Source: Lingula anatina (lineage: Eukaryota > Animalia > Brachiopoda). From it: 64,000 bases of DNA. The position numbers and the translations under genes are program-made. The stretch is taken from contig CM120643.1 of the NCBI GenBank assembly GCA_051362555.1, positions 15,722,644 through 15,786,643 of the forward strand, given 5' to 3'. Under the pieces are notes generated by a model that saw only the letters and a program-made list of their open reading frames with translations, was not told the DNA's origin and did not search any database. Below, piece after piece: positions 50,602 through 64,000 of this stretch; within the stretch, counting starts at the first letter, position 1, and each line of letters opens with the position of its first letter.

Positions 50602-53600
50602 TCTGTGCGTGTGCTTTTTCATCAGTCAGAGCGGGGCCCCATGATCATGTTAGGAAGGGTATACAACGTAACAATAATTCATGATAAACAAATAAATTAA
50701 TTTATAGGAAATCTCATACATTATATTGACAGATTTTCTAACTGTTTTAAATAGCAGAAATCTAACTAAGATGGTAAGGGATTGGTGTAATGACTAGAAA
50801 TGTTTCCGATAGTCATATTCCATACTAGTATTCCTCCCCCCTCCCCCCACCATGCAGTTTCTTTTACACACCTAAGATATTAAATTATAAACTATATTTA
50901 AAAAAAGAATGATACTCTATTGCACCTTATCTTATTTCTCAAGAACTGAATTAAAAGAAAAAGTTGCAAAAACTTAAAAATTTATTACACATAGGCTTAA
51001 AAGATAAATTTAAAGGTACTGTGCTATGGTCCTGTAATAATATTGACCAGAAGAAGCAGCTTTGTCTAATTGGGACGATTTGTATCATGCATAATTTTAT
51101 GCAAGAATAAAAGTACACTCAGAACCTAATAAACTAAAAATAAATGATAGATCATGATGAATACTGATGTAGTCAATTGTCTTAAGTGAATCTTCTCTGA
51201 TCACACCCAGGCTGTACTTGGTACCTTGGAGGCTTCTTGCCTTTAATGGACACATCTGTGTGCTGTAATTTATCAAGTAGTGTTAGGTGGAGGTGTGGGG
51301 TGTACTATTAGGAGTTGATGAAGGCGATACCTGTATGACAGGTATGGTGAAGGTGATGTCATTTATTTACAGGTGCCTGTGCCCTTCTCTTTATCTTTCG
51401 TTCTCTCTCTCATTGCCTATTCATTTACCAAGGTATAGAAACCTGTTTTTTTTTTTTCAAATTTACTTCTCTTATATTTTGATTATGTCTAAAACCATTT
51501 AAGAATGTACCTTTGAGGGGGCCAACATGTGATGAAGTAGCATTTAGTACACTGCAGCAATGGGAGGGGTGAATCAATATCATTGTCTGGGTCTGAATGA
51601 CATTCTATCTAAAATTTGTAAAAAAAAAATGATAAGGGGCTATGTATAGGGGTTTGCCATTGTTTTAAACTCACCCTTCTTTAAAACCTCCTGCTGTCCT
51701 TGTTGAGATCTTTTACTCCTCCCCCCCTCCCCCAAAAATTCACTGGAACAGATCCACGTCCACTGCCTGATCCCCACCCATACATGCAGACATTGTCTTT
51801 TGGATCTTGAAAAAAAGAGGAAAGCTGTGGAATCCTGAACCATTTTAGGAGAGATGTTATTGGTGATTCTTGGGAGGAAGTAAAGATAAAAACCTTTAAT
51901 GTGTGATACAATAAGGATGCAAATGTATTTTAGAGCACACAAGTATACCTTTGGTTTTAGTAATTTAGTTAAAAGCTTAATCTATTTTTTTGATAAAATC
52001 TTCCTTTTTTCCATTTTTCATTAGACACATTATATCAGTTATGACCAAAAGGACAATTAAAGAAAAATACTTCATTGTGTAGAGAATACAGAAGTTACAT
52101 CCTGCAATTTTTGATGGAGTTGGAGGCATTAAGCAATTTCATCACTAAGTGAATGAAGAGTTGGTGAATGATTATGGAATTTTTTTCTGTATTTTTGTTT
52201 TTAGGCCAGATGAAATAATTAACTTGAACTTTGGAAAAAAAATTATTTACCTTCTAAAAATCATCATAAAGTAATTTCAAATCTGATTTAAAAATTACCA
52301 TTTTCATATATTCAAATGTTAGCAATAGGCAAGATGTTACAGGCCTGGCTGGTTATAGAGAAGTGTATGTCCTTGTATCCCAGTCTATCAGTACCTGTAG
52401 CTCTAGGCACTACAACTCTTAAACCTCCCATACTGCAGCCATTCTTTCTCCTTAACATGGACAATATCGGTCATTAATCGCAGGAAACGTGCATAGATCA
52501 TACGATCACTTCAAGGCCCAGCATGATTTCCCTTCCCAAACTACAAGTTGAACAAGCTCGGGAACTCTTCAGTTCAAGTGGTTTATGGGCATGTTTCGGG
52601 GTTAGATTGTCATGCTGGTGCAATTGTGACGTGCAATCTAAAAGCCGAACATACTGTTTTTTTCTCCAGTCATGCTGTGTAACAGGATCCTGGAATGTTG
52701 GGAAGTGTAGTACAAACGTGGCTAGATTTGTGAGAGATTTTTTTTTTTGTCGGGAAGGCTGAGAATTCTTGGATGTTTGCTCTGTTAAATAAAATGAAAA
52801 AAAGTTATTTAACAAAATTGCATAGTGCATATATTTATAATTTAATGCTATCACAAATGTAATAACTTGATATATAACAGATTGTTATCAAAGTCAGTTT
52901 AATTTATTTATATGGGGGGGGGGGGGGGGGAGGTATATCAACTTGAGTGACTCATAGTTTAGTTATGTTCCAGCTCTTAAGATAGGTGAATAATCACAAC
53001 CTAATTAAGTTTATCTGAAGAATGTTAAAAAAAAATTCATCTGAAATTGGCCCAGTTTTTTCATCATTTCTTGACTGAGTAAAAAAAGAAGTCTCAGGGA
53101 GCACATCCCATATTGGAAGACTCCAGTACACAAGTGATGTCAGAGGCTTAATACTCTGCTTTTTCACCACTGCATGGTCTTTTTATAAATTCTACTGCTA
53201 TACAGAAACCCATTAGCAGTATTTTCATTCTGAAAGATATATTTTTTCATCAAATTAATAAGCTTTTCCACAGACACGGGCATGGCAACCTGGCTGTGCA
53301 AGCTTTCAGTAGATTACAGAAAGACTGACAGTTAAGTAAGTTCATGAAAGTTATATGTGTATCTGCGATGTGCCCCTAGCCCTCACTTTTCACTCTCTAG
53401 TCACAAGTTTATTACAAACCACTACAAACTTAACTGGCCATCATAGTGGTATCTTGTACCTCTAGCTGTCATTTTTCAGAGATACAAGAAGAACGTCATG
53501 TCCAGGTGTGGTATTAAAGGCACCTTCATGATTACTAACAAAATGTCACTTTTTTTCATTATCTCACTGAATTTTGCGTACTTTCTCAGCCAGATCAGAA

Positions 53601-56600
53601 ATGGATATGATGGTGTTTTATTCTCCCCTTCTCAGTTTTTTATTTAAAAATATTATGACCATCTAATAACCAGGATTCTACATTGTCCAACTATTTACTT
53701 GTTAGACAGTGCCTCCCTGTCATTTTTTTTTCAAAATGGCCAGCCATTACAAAGCAATGCTACATAGTCCAAATGCCAGTCTAGCTTGCTTGTACCTCCC
53801 CTCTTTATCTCATTAGATGTGTCATCCCAGACCATTAAATAAGTTGGTACATCAATACCATCTTTGCCTCCTGAATGGAATGCATTGTCTCTCCACTGAT
53901 GCTATCTGTTATGTTCAACTACTCTCTTATGCAAACCAGCATGCACATTATTGTAGTGGCAATTTTTCATGGCTGTAGTGTATTGGTGTGCATCACTCGA
54001 GAAGAGGCGACATGCCATAAAAATGTCAGACTGCAGACCACTGTCGCCTTTGAGTTGATTTATTTAATTGACACTGCTTAATGTAGTTTACAGATAATAT
54101 GTTGACCTTTTTAGTTTGAATCATAATTGTATAAAGTTAGTTGATACATACATATAGCAGTGTTATTTATGGATTGACTGAGTCGGGGTCAAGTCGTAAA
54201 GTTTGGAGATATTAGTAATATGTGGTTAATCTGCCTCTTATTAATTATGACACATATTGACATTTCCGAAAGAGAAAATAAGTATTTGATATAAGCCAGT
54301 ATATACTTGATTTGATTATAGGGAAATTGGAACAATGATGAATTATTTGGTGAACATGATACAGTGTTGTGGTACAGAGGTTTATTTTAGAACTTGATAT
54401 GTTGTGCAAGATCAGTCAAATTGTACATCAGTGGCATACGACACCCTTAAGCTTCATATCCAAATTGTGGTCTGCCATCTTGCAGTGATCAGTCAAACAA
54501 GCAGGGTGTTCACGTCTTCTACAACAATAGATTCACCTGCAGCCATGGTGGTTCACATTCTTCAGAATTTTATATCCTTCAGAATTTTTTATCAGGGCAA
54601 GTGAAGCCCAAGTCATGACTTGTTTTCGTGCTACCTCTCCTGACATGCTGGTACTTGGCAATTTTGCATTTTAGCTTGTCATGCAAAGGAATAACAAGCA
54701 TGTTTTGGACTAGATCAGTATCAGCTATGCTGGCATGGTCCACTGCCAATGCTGAAAGGAAGGACACTTTAAGTGGTTAAATAGAAGTTGTACAATTTTG
54801 TTTTAATTGCAGAGTGGATAGGAAAAGATTGACATCAGTGTTCGTGTTTCTTTTGTTATGAGTTGTTGGGGAGTGAGTCAGTAACAGGACATGGTGGAAA
54901 CCAAAAACATGTTCTCCATTCAGTTGTAAATTGATGGGCAGTTTAAGATTATTGTAATGTTTGCGTCCCCTTGTTATCAACTACTTAATACACAATGTAA
55001 CAAAAGCAGTGGAACATTCTGGAAGCAAAAACTTCATGTTAGAATGGACATGCTTGTTCTGCTTGTTCATTTTTATGTTTTTGAAAGCTGTTTCTAAAGA
55101 ACAGATTCATTTTGAAAGACAGCTTTGTCACTTAATGAGTTGGGTAAATTAAGTTCACAACATAAGATATGAACTGATTGGTACTTGTAACAAAGTGAAA
55201 TAAAACACAAGTGTAAGAAAACCTACTGATGCTTCATAAAGAAATTATATCCGATTGAAGTTGTTATATTTGCTTTGTACAAAAGTTATTCTGTCACCCA
55301 GCTCACTTAAATCACTTAAATCATCAGATGACCCTTGCCCTGTTGACAGTGATGGATGTCAGCCAGATTCATATTACCTGAAATCTTACCTGGACGTTCT
55401 GCTTGGCCCATGATGGAAACCGCAATTTGCCAACACCGCTAATGCATTGTTTACCCAAGTTGGCCATGATATGTGCAGCAACATGGCGCCAGGCAGAGGA
55501 ATATGTCCATGTGTTATATTGCTCATATTGTATTAAATTTTAATGTCTTCACAATACTAGATGATTATATTTATTCCATCAACTTTATTTATAGGTACCA
55601 TGGAGGCAAATTTTATGTTTGATACTGGTTTTGTGCAGTGTTGACTTTCAAAATTTCAACATGCAATGTTGTTTTCTATCTGGTTTTATTGGTATATTTG
55701 ATGGAATTTATGTCATGATCTTTTTTGTGTGAGAGCAATTAGAACAAAATACTCATGCATGACTGTATCTTTATTTGGAGAAGTTTTGGAGTGTATATTT
55801 GGAGTAAATTTAAATGTTCCTTTTGAGTAAATAAGACATTCAGCTGAATTAAATTAAGGAGTGAATATACTGTAACTAAAATAATTCTTTGTTTACATTT
55901 TACTGTGCTTAGCTGTCCAGAGACAAACCAAAGAAAACCTTGTTGGAAAAGAACTGCTAACTGAATTGGGATGCTCATGCACTTTGCATGGATACATGTA
56001 AAGATCAGCCAAAAATACACATGTAGTGATGTATGTTGTTTATATGCTTGTAGTGAGTAAGAAATAAACATATTTTAGTATGATTCTGCTCAGTTTTTGG
56101 AACATAAAGGAGTAAGAAAGACAGAAAAATTAGAGATTAGAATATACTTGTGGCATTTTATAAGTGTTTGACCGACTTTCACATTGGCACTGAACACAGG
56201 GTGATAAACCTAGGGAATATGTTGTTTCTAAATCTCAATTTTTTTTTTATAAAAAAGGATCTGTCAAAATGCATTGAAGCATGTTCTAACACCATAAAAG
56301 TGACACGCAAATTGTGGCTTATAGATAGTGACAGCTTCCTATCAGCTGAGCTGCATGTTGGCATTCCAATATATCAATAGGTGCCATATCAACGTCTCCA
56401 CCTGTGTTATTTATGAAACGGCAAATTTGTCTTGTGTATCAATGTGTGTGGCAGTTGAGCATGTGATTTTTTTTATTTGTTTGAGGGAATTGTGGCAGTT
56501 TTTGCATTAAGTCTTTCTTCCCATGTGTGTGTCAAGAAGGCCCTTGGGGAGAGGAGGGAGACCCAGGGGGTTCTTCTGCCATTACTGTCTCTGTGATAAA

Positions 56601-56746
56601 AGTGGAAAAAAATCGGTGCTGATCTGTTATCCCATGGATGCAGTGCCAATTTGAAAAAAAAAAAAAATGATCAGTTGTCTGTGTGTTATATTTTTCAGTG
56701 TCTGTTTGTTATATTTTTATATCCTATTTGTCTAGCCCGCTTTGCA

Positions 56747-56785
<39 letters not shown>
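56747..56785. repeat. (CT)n microsatellite
   Basis: Seen directly. Confidence 0.95.
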
Positions 56786-57920
56786 TTTCTTGCATAGATT
56801 ATTTTTGTGGAAATATTATGAGAATGGAATTGCCTTTTTGATGATAAACTAAACAAGTTTGAAGTGTTTCATTGCTGTATTTTTAAAGTAATTCAATAAC
56901 ATGTACACGACCCCAATGAATATTTTTACTTCACAAAGCAGCCCTTATTTGGTTGTATACGAGAACAACCCAGTACTACATAAGAAATCTACCTGCTTGA
57001 AGAAGTGAGGCGTCAGTGTTCTTTTTATGTGTATACCAGTACATATATCAAAAAGAACCTTTTGAAAGGCGGTGTTTTAACAATCTTGTGTGTAACAAAG
57101 TATTTGACAGAGAATGATCCAAGAAGATACATATTCAAAGGGCTGAGAATGGTGTTAATGTTGGTTGAATTGGCTGTTACACGCTGTTGTGGTGGTATCA
57201 AAGCCACAGTCAAAGGAGAACGATGGCAATTATCACTGAATACTAAATCTGTGCTTTTTCATTTTGCCCGGAGCACCAGTATACACATTATTTGTTGTCA
57301 GATTCCGTGTGGTAGCGCAGCGTGTGACAACAATTAATGGGGCGAGCATGTTTAATGCGTTGTTCAAGTGACCTGACATGGCACTGCTGCTTTAACTTTC
57401 CGTTTTTTCTCATGAAGTAGATGAATAGTATTTCCTTCATACAATTTTCTACCTTATAAAAACTGTTCATGATGTGGGTAGAGTTGTTTTTTTAAATGTG
57501 TATGTGCGTGGATGACAGGCTAATGTGTTTTTAATGTGTGTAGAGGAAGAAAGAAGGGTGAAGTGAGTCTTGAGCGTATACTTGAGATGTAAAAGAAAAT
57601 TATCATACCTGAAATGTGTGCTTCAGATATATTAGGCGGTTTTGTAGGTATTGTATATAAATTTCTGACAAGGTTTCTTTTTTGAGGCACACATTTCTCT
57701 TTTTAGTTTTGAATGGGGTTACTACGCATGTATGTTGAGGTTAAACCATGTGCCATAGATAGAGTGATATTAATAAGTAAGACAAACCACGTTAAGGCTA
57801 CTTGTACCGGGTACCTCTCCTCTATGTGTTTAGTCCACACTCACTTCAATCAATTAATTAGTCGCAGTCATTTACACACAGTTTAACAATTTTACATAAG
57901 AACCTAAGCTTGACAAATTT

Positions 57921-58077
57921 GGGGGGGGGGGGGTTCGAGAGGTTTGAAAGAACCCCCCTTTTGCTGGGAAAAAGTCCAGTCTGGGTAAAAAATTATCTAA
58001 GGACATGAAAGTTTCATGGTAAAAGGTCCACTTTTTAAAAAGAGACCCCCCTTTTGAAATTGCTGGCTATGGGCCTG
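57921..58077. mobile_element. Truncated non-autonomous DNA element remnant
   Basis: G-run gggttcga...gaacccccc, two aa(a/g)gtcca subrepeats, and terminus ccccccttttgaaattgctggctatgggcctg. This resembles invertebrate MITE ends (from recall); the left TIR is missing. Confidence 0.45.
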
Positions 58078-60453
58078 CATAGAAGTCCACACAAATAAAG
58101 TTATCATTACTCTGAAACAGCCACAGAAAATTTTTGTTATAAAACAGGCAGTATTTTATTGAATTGTACTGATGTACTGATTTGTGTTGGCTAAAAGTAG
58201 ACTAGAATTATGGTCTAAATCTTTGCACAATTTCCAGATGCAAGTTGTTTTATTACACTAGTCCCAAAAGAGACTACGTATACTGCAGAGTTTGATATCA
58301 CTGGTTATAAGCATTTAGCATAGGACATCCTTGTTCTCACTTTGTCTGCATTGTCATGTCAGACTCTGTGAGCCATCACATAGTATTTTAACATGCTTTT
58401 TATCTCTTACTTGATACCTTTTTCCATCTCAATTTCCACCAGTTTGATATGAGTGGGATAATGCCAGGTGCACATCATATTTTCTTTTTATTTGTTACTG
58501 GATATAGAGAGTTAGAAAACATTCTTAGCAGAGAGTTTGAAAGATTAAGTAAAGTTGGTGGGGGATGGGTTTTTGTTTATATAGCCATGTTGTTTATGGT
58601 ACCCCAATCCCCAGTACATTTTTACATTAATGATACCATCAGATGCCATATTTATTTTGCCACTAATTTGACAGCATTTTCTCTACAGCATTATGTGGAT
58701 TTGATTAAGCAACCAGCAAATTAAATCTTGTTAATAAGAGTTCTACAGCAGTAAGGAAGAGTGAATGTAAGAGTGGAAAACTTCACAGTTGATAAAGTTT
58801 TCTTACTTTTAAACAAAATATACTTGCTATTAATGTGCATTTATTTGATAATTCAAAAAATGAAAAAAAAAACAAAAAAAAAACAAACAAACTTCAAATT
58901 ATTCAGGAAAAACATGCTGGCATAGTATTCATGAGAAAGATGTATTGCTTTATTTTGAAGCCAAGATATATTTTGGATCATTTTTCATATGGTGTGCATG
59001 TTAAAAATAGATAGATTTTATCCTATCCTACATAACATGGCCATATATAACTTGTTTTGATGAATCCTGGAATGCATAATGGTCCATTTGTCTAAAATTG
59101 GTTTTGATTGTCTGTTGCCGATAACCTTATTCTCAAGGTAGACAATGTAATGAGAGTTTTGGCTCTGGCTCGTCTTGTCTACTGGAGGCCAAATTTCAGC
59201 CACTTTGTGGAAGATGAGCTATGATAATGACACCTGGTGGGAATAATGAAAACTATTGAGGGTGATCATTTATATAGCTTGTACAAGTTATTATTTCTCA
59301 TATCTCTTTTTTTTACACCCAATTTGGGTCATTTCTTTCTATCAAAGAACTATAAACGTATATATTGTTGCCTGCCTGTAATTGTTATTTAATTTTTTTT
59401 ACTAAAATAGATTTCTGAGCCTTATGTTTTGTATGAATTTAATGTACTGTACAAGAATTCTAAATTATGAACACAAGTACCTACTGAATCCTTGCCTGAG
59501 AACAGATGTAACAAATTTTTTTCACAAAATGTAGCTATGATAAGATCAGTAAAAAAGTCAAACTATCCAAATGCCAATGTAAAAAATTGTTATATTTTAC
59601 CATAATGAGAACATATATAACAATTTGCCAGCTTGTTTTCACTGCTGAGGTCAGTCAATGTCCTGGAAATACCAGTGTTACAAGCCTTATTTTGAAAAAA
59701 ATGACCATGTTTTTCAGACCACCAGTGATCAAGAGCCCTGTTAGCATCAAAATCTCCAGGGTGTTGGAACATCCTGATAATTAAGCAATCAGTTTTGCCC
59801 CAGAGGCAAACATAGTTTTTAAGGTCACCAACCTCTTGTACGTTAATGCTGGAATCAGTTCTGGAATAAAAAAGCATTTTCTTAGTAAGGTCATAAGGTT
59901 TGAAAAAAATACTTAGTAATAAACTCTTTTATGAATACCAAAAATCCAAGATATGTAGTGATTAATTATATAGAAAAAAAAAATCTTTCGCCCAAAGAAA
60001 AATAATAGCCTGCAGTGGAGAAAGACATCCTTATGGTCTTGTGACAAATAAGCCTTAATTTTCTTTCAGAAGTGTATAAATGAGACTGTCACCTGAGAGG
60101 TACCTGCAAGCTGAAAGTTCTCCCAAGTAGATGGCAAAATGATGTCTTCCAGACAGTCCCTTGGCACAATAATTTCAAGTTTACAAATAAACCAATAAAT
60201 AAATCAACTGAAGATTAATTATAGATGACTTGTATTTTTTTTTACTTTACAAATGAAAATTGCAAGTAAGGCTAAGGAAAATGACTGCAGAAGTTCAGAA
60301 AAAAGAATTATAACCTTTAGGTAATGTCTTTAAGACAGTCTGAACACCCTGCGTTTGTTGACCAATGGCCAAATATGGCCATGTTATGTCAGTGTTAGTG
60401 GTTTGTTTGATTAATAGAAATTGCAAAAGAAATGGCACAAATGAGTGAATAAG

Positions 60454-60479
60454 TATATATATATATATATATATATATA
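60454..60479. repeat. (TA)n microsatellite
   Basis: Seen directly. Confidence 0.95.
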
Positions 60480-63400
60480 GAAGTGAATAAATTTATAGAT
60501 AGATAAGCTGGTCAGATGAAGTCAAACATTGATCTCTGTCTTTGATTCTGCCTTTCATCTCTTCCAGTATAGACATCTTTGGCTGAAGTCTTTGCAGGAA
60601 ACAGCACACACACACATAAATGCTTTATCATTTCATTAGGTATTTTAGAATTTAACTGTAGTAGTCACTATCTCTCTCTTTTTTTTTTTTTAATCCTCAT
60701 ATGTGGTCTGAAGGTTAAAGTGTTTTACGTCTCCTAAACCTTAGAATCCCAGTGTTCTTATAAATTATATAATTATCAAGTTCTTGGAAGTAGGTAAGGG
60801 AGGCACCACAAATTTGGTCAGGATATATGATACATATGTGCCAGACACATCAAGTATGGAAATAAATGAGATGAACTCATTCTTGCATACTTTTCAGGTA
60901 GTTATGCTCAAAAAGTGAAGGTAAATATTTTTACATGCTATATCACAGACACATTTGGAAGATTAAACTATATGTTATTGTTATCTTCCATAATACAAAT
61001 TAATGTAACCACAATTGCCCCAAAAAATATTGATATGATAACCGTGAGCAGTGAAATGGATCAAGGATCTTGAGACCTGGACATCTCAATATATATTTTT
61101 AGTTCTTTGGAGCAGATAAATTGGTGTGATAAAGAAGGGGAAATGGTGTGGCTGGCATGCGACCCACGAATTACAGTGGTTAAAAATTTTGTAGGGCATT
61201 TTCCCATGCACAGGCATTGCAAACACGTTGTCTGCTGCTAAGTGGATGTCTGGTTTACTTTTTGGACACCTAATTCCCATAAATTGTCTTCAGTGGGTCA
61301 TATATAATATAGGTGAATATATCTTTAATGGAGGTATATATGTTTGTATATAAGTGTCAAGGTTGTTAACTCGATATGACGATGTTCGACTAAATGTCTT
61401 TGGGTCATACGCACATGCTACATTTTTGGAATGCCTAAAATTAGATCATTGGTTGGGATATTTAATCATCTTTTCACCAATTTGTCATTAAACTGATGGA
61501 CTGAAAACTTGATTGGGTGCAATGAAAATTATCCTGTTCCGAATCCATGTCGGAATGTCAGGTCGTCTGCTGTGACTGAACACGGACCAAGAGCTCGAGC
61601 AGCCATTTATTTTGCATTTAGCCTGACACCGGGGACGGGCTCATATTGCATTTTGTGTCGCGGGACAACAATGTCTTTACTGCCACCCATTCATCAAAAC
61701 TGTCATATTCAGACCTTTGCTTATAAGCTTGCGGGGATGCCGTGTGTTAGGAGCTAGCATGAAACCGCAGCGGATCTGTGATGTATAGACTGCATCCTTG
61801 ACCTATTTCATAAAGTATCTGGTTTAGGCTAAAAGTTCAGTCCTGCCTTCCAGATATCCTTCCGGAAGCTATAAACCTATTTTTTGACATTGAAAAGATT
61901 GGACCCAGGCTATGAATTATTAATACTTTTTTTTTCAAAAATGCAACTTTACTTCTACCACCTTATAAGATAATCTTTTTGGTTATTAGTCTTCGAAATA
62001 AAAATGCTATATGAGGCTTGTTTAAAACTCAGATTTCATTATTAATCAATATTAAAGAACACTACAATGCTGTACTAGACCTCAAGTATGAGTGATACTG
62101 TACATGCATGTATTTTAAATCTTTTTTTGAAAGAAGCTGCCAGACAAAATTTAGGGCTCTGCATGACACAAACACATATTTCTTTGTAGACCAATAATTG
62201 TATACAACTGGTCACTATAATGTGTCTTTGATGGACATCTTTCAACCATTTTTGATGTTACGACCAGCAATATCAACACATTTCTAACAAAACCTGATTA
62301 CTATTGAGAGACTGAACCTGATTCCCCCTTTTGTATCAGTACTTGAAGTTGTCTGGCTTCCCTGCTGCTGTAGTAAGTGACAGTTACCCTGCCATCTAAC
62401 CTTTAATACCCCTTGACCACACTTTATGCTGATTTCATACCCCTCTCCTTTCCCTTGCTCGACCCCCACCCCCCTTTTATGGTTATTCATTAAAAGCTCT
62501 TGAATGTATTCAGCTTCTGAACATATTAAAGTGTTTACAAATACTTGCTCAAGTTTGGTTGTCATTGTTTTAAATTATCCCAGTACTTAATACTCATGAT
62601 TTTCAAAAGTAAGGAAAGTTTTTTGATCTCTCTCATTATGACTAGTTTCAATGGAAAGGAAAGAGTGCAACCTTTTTTTGTTTTTTCAAGGGCATCTATG
62701 GTGTGAGGTCTCAAATGAAATCCTCTTAATTGCTGCACTTCAATGTGGTGGTATAGAGAAAATCTCAATCTTTACATAAGAAAAAGGACTTGATTTATGT
62801 TCAAGGCTTTTTTTCCTGTACATGACCTGAACTTTACTCTTATCTCGTTTAAAATATGTATAAGAGTGGTGAATAGTCCGCCCTGTCACACCTCCAAACA
62901 TGAATGTTTTAACCTTTTCTGGTGTTAGGGTTTGACGACAGCAGTTATCTGGGTCCCTCAAGAGCCTGATATAAGGACCTCGCCATAACCAGCATAGAAT
63001 GTTGTAGGATAGACCTAGAACACACCCCTTGACATGGATGTTTTAACCTTTCTTGTTCTTCAAGCTCAGAAGCTACAAGAATTTGTGCCCTTTTCCAGCA
63101 TGATGTTAAATGGATCTCTTTTTTTTTTTATGATTATCAGCTAAAAAATTGAAGAGCAACCTCTTGACACGAGTGGCTCAGGCTTAGATGTCAGGACTTG
63201 ACATCAGATGTTTTCTGGTCTCTTTAGATGTCTGACCTCAAATGAGACTCGCTTTGTAACTGTCAGACAGCCTTGAATGGGGAATCCATTAGATCCCTTT
63301 CCAGGTTTTATATGCTTGGTTTTTAATTATATTTTCTTATATATAAGTATAAATATAACTGTGTATTAATGACAATACTTTAGTTTAAAGAGAACTCTGA

Positions 63401-63752
63401 TTTGACAAATCTGCCATGCTTGTATGCATCATTGCCCTTGTTGACTTTTTAATTTGAAACTTTTAAAGCATATTTGATTACCATTATTGTTTTTGTTATT
63501 GAGCGAAATCATATTACATGCAGCAGCAGAGATTTTTACTATCTTTGGTGTCCTGTGACATTTTGTTTTCTTGGCATTGGAGTTGATTTGAATTCAAATC
63601 TAGGAAAGTTGATCAGAGTGTACATGGAAGCTAAGGTGGCGGGGGCCAGGAGATGAATAGCAGATCTGTCATCCCACACAGCAGAACTGATGGGTCTGCT
63701 TCTGGTGACAGTTAATGAGGCATTTAAATGTTGTTTTCTTTAAGGGACAACT

Positions 63753-63753
<1 letters not shown>

Positions 63754-63800
<47 letters not shown>
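63754..63800. repeat. (GA)n microsatellite
   Basis: Seen directly. Confidence 0.97.
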
Positions 63801-63803
<3 letters not shown>

Positions 63804-64000
63804 TGAAATCTCACAATTGGTACAGTAACATCTTGGCCAATAGTAACATTGTTTATATACTGATGATATCTGTATACATTGATATTATCTTTGGTAATTG
63901 AAAAAATTAATCCAAAAAAGGTGTCATCCATGACATCTGAAACAAGCGATTACCCCACTTTTGATGATTGTTTGTACCAACATGTCATGCATACTGTATG

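Noticed and set aside
52327-52338. AGGCAAGATGTT matching the first 12 nt of miR-31
   Set aside because: The 3' half diverges completely and no precursor hairpin is evident; likely chance.
63666-63711. Small hairpin ctgtcatc...agcaga / tctgct...ggtgacag
   Set aside because: Only 46 nt with an internal loop; too short for a pre-miRNA and within chance expectation.

Overview
This is AT-rich animal genomic DNA, not prokaryotic. It has GT-AG introns, many (CA)n/(GA)n/(TA)n microsatellites and MITEs, and no operons, rRNA, tRNA or CRISPR. A mosaic CpG pattern suggests an invertebrate with gene-body methylation (inference). Bases 1 to ~28.2 kb are CpG-retaining and contain no recognisable protein gene, only enhancer-like motif clusters. 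At ~28.15-28.4 kb a housekeeping-type promoter (DRE, ETS) coincides with an abrupt switch to CpG-poor sequence. From there I can assemble by eye a + strand spliced transcript ('gene A', exons at ~28.2, 29.3, 30.7, 31.5, 32.05, 33.0, 33.6 and 44.9-45.6 kb). It has no long ORF. Instead it carries a chain of short overlapping ORFs, stop-start overlaps, an antizyme-like TCC-TGA junction, and one spliced frame of ~279 codons broken by only four stops. This is the most interesting object in the window: a possible polycistronic smORF or recoded mRNA, a uORF-laden leader, or a pseudogene. A second CpG-retaining promoter at ~46.4-47.7 kb leads to a 13-codon first coding exon (MADGARIQEFCYQ) of an unidentified gene whose intron appears to run past the window end. 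Also present are a cluster of TAA-flanked Tourist-like MITEs including an inverted pair, a tandem duplication containing a (TC)n tract, and a candidate structured RNA at 50.46-50.60 kb. I recognised no protein family. All exon calls were made by eye and need RNA-seq or homology confirmation.
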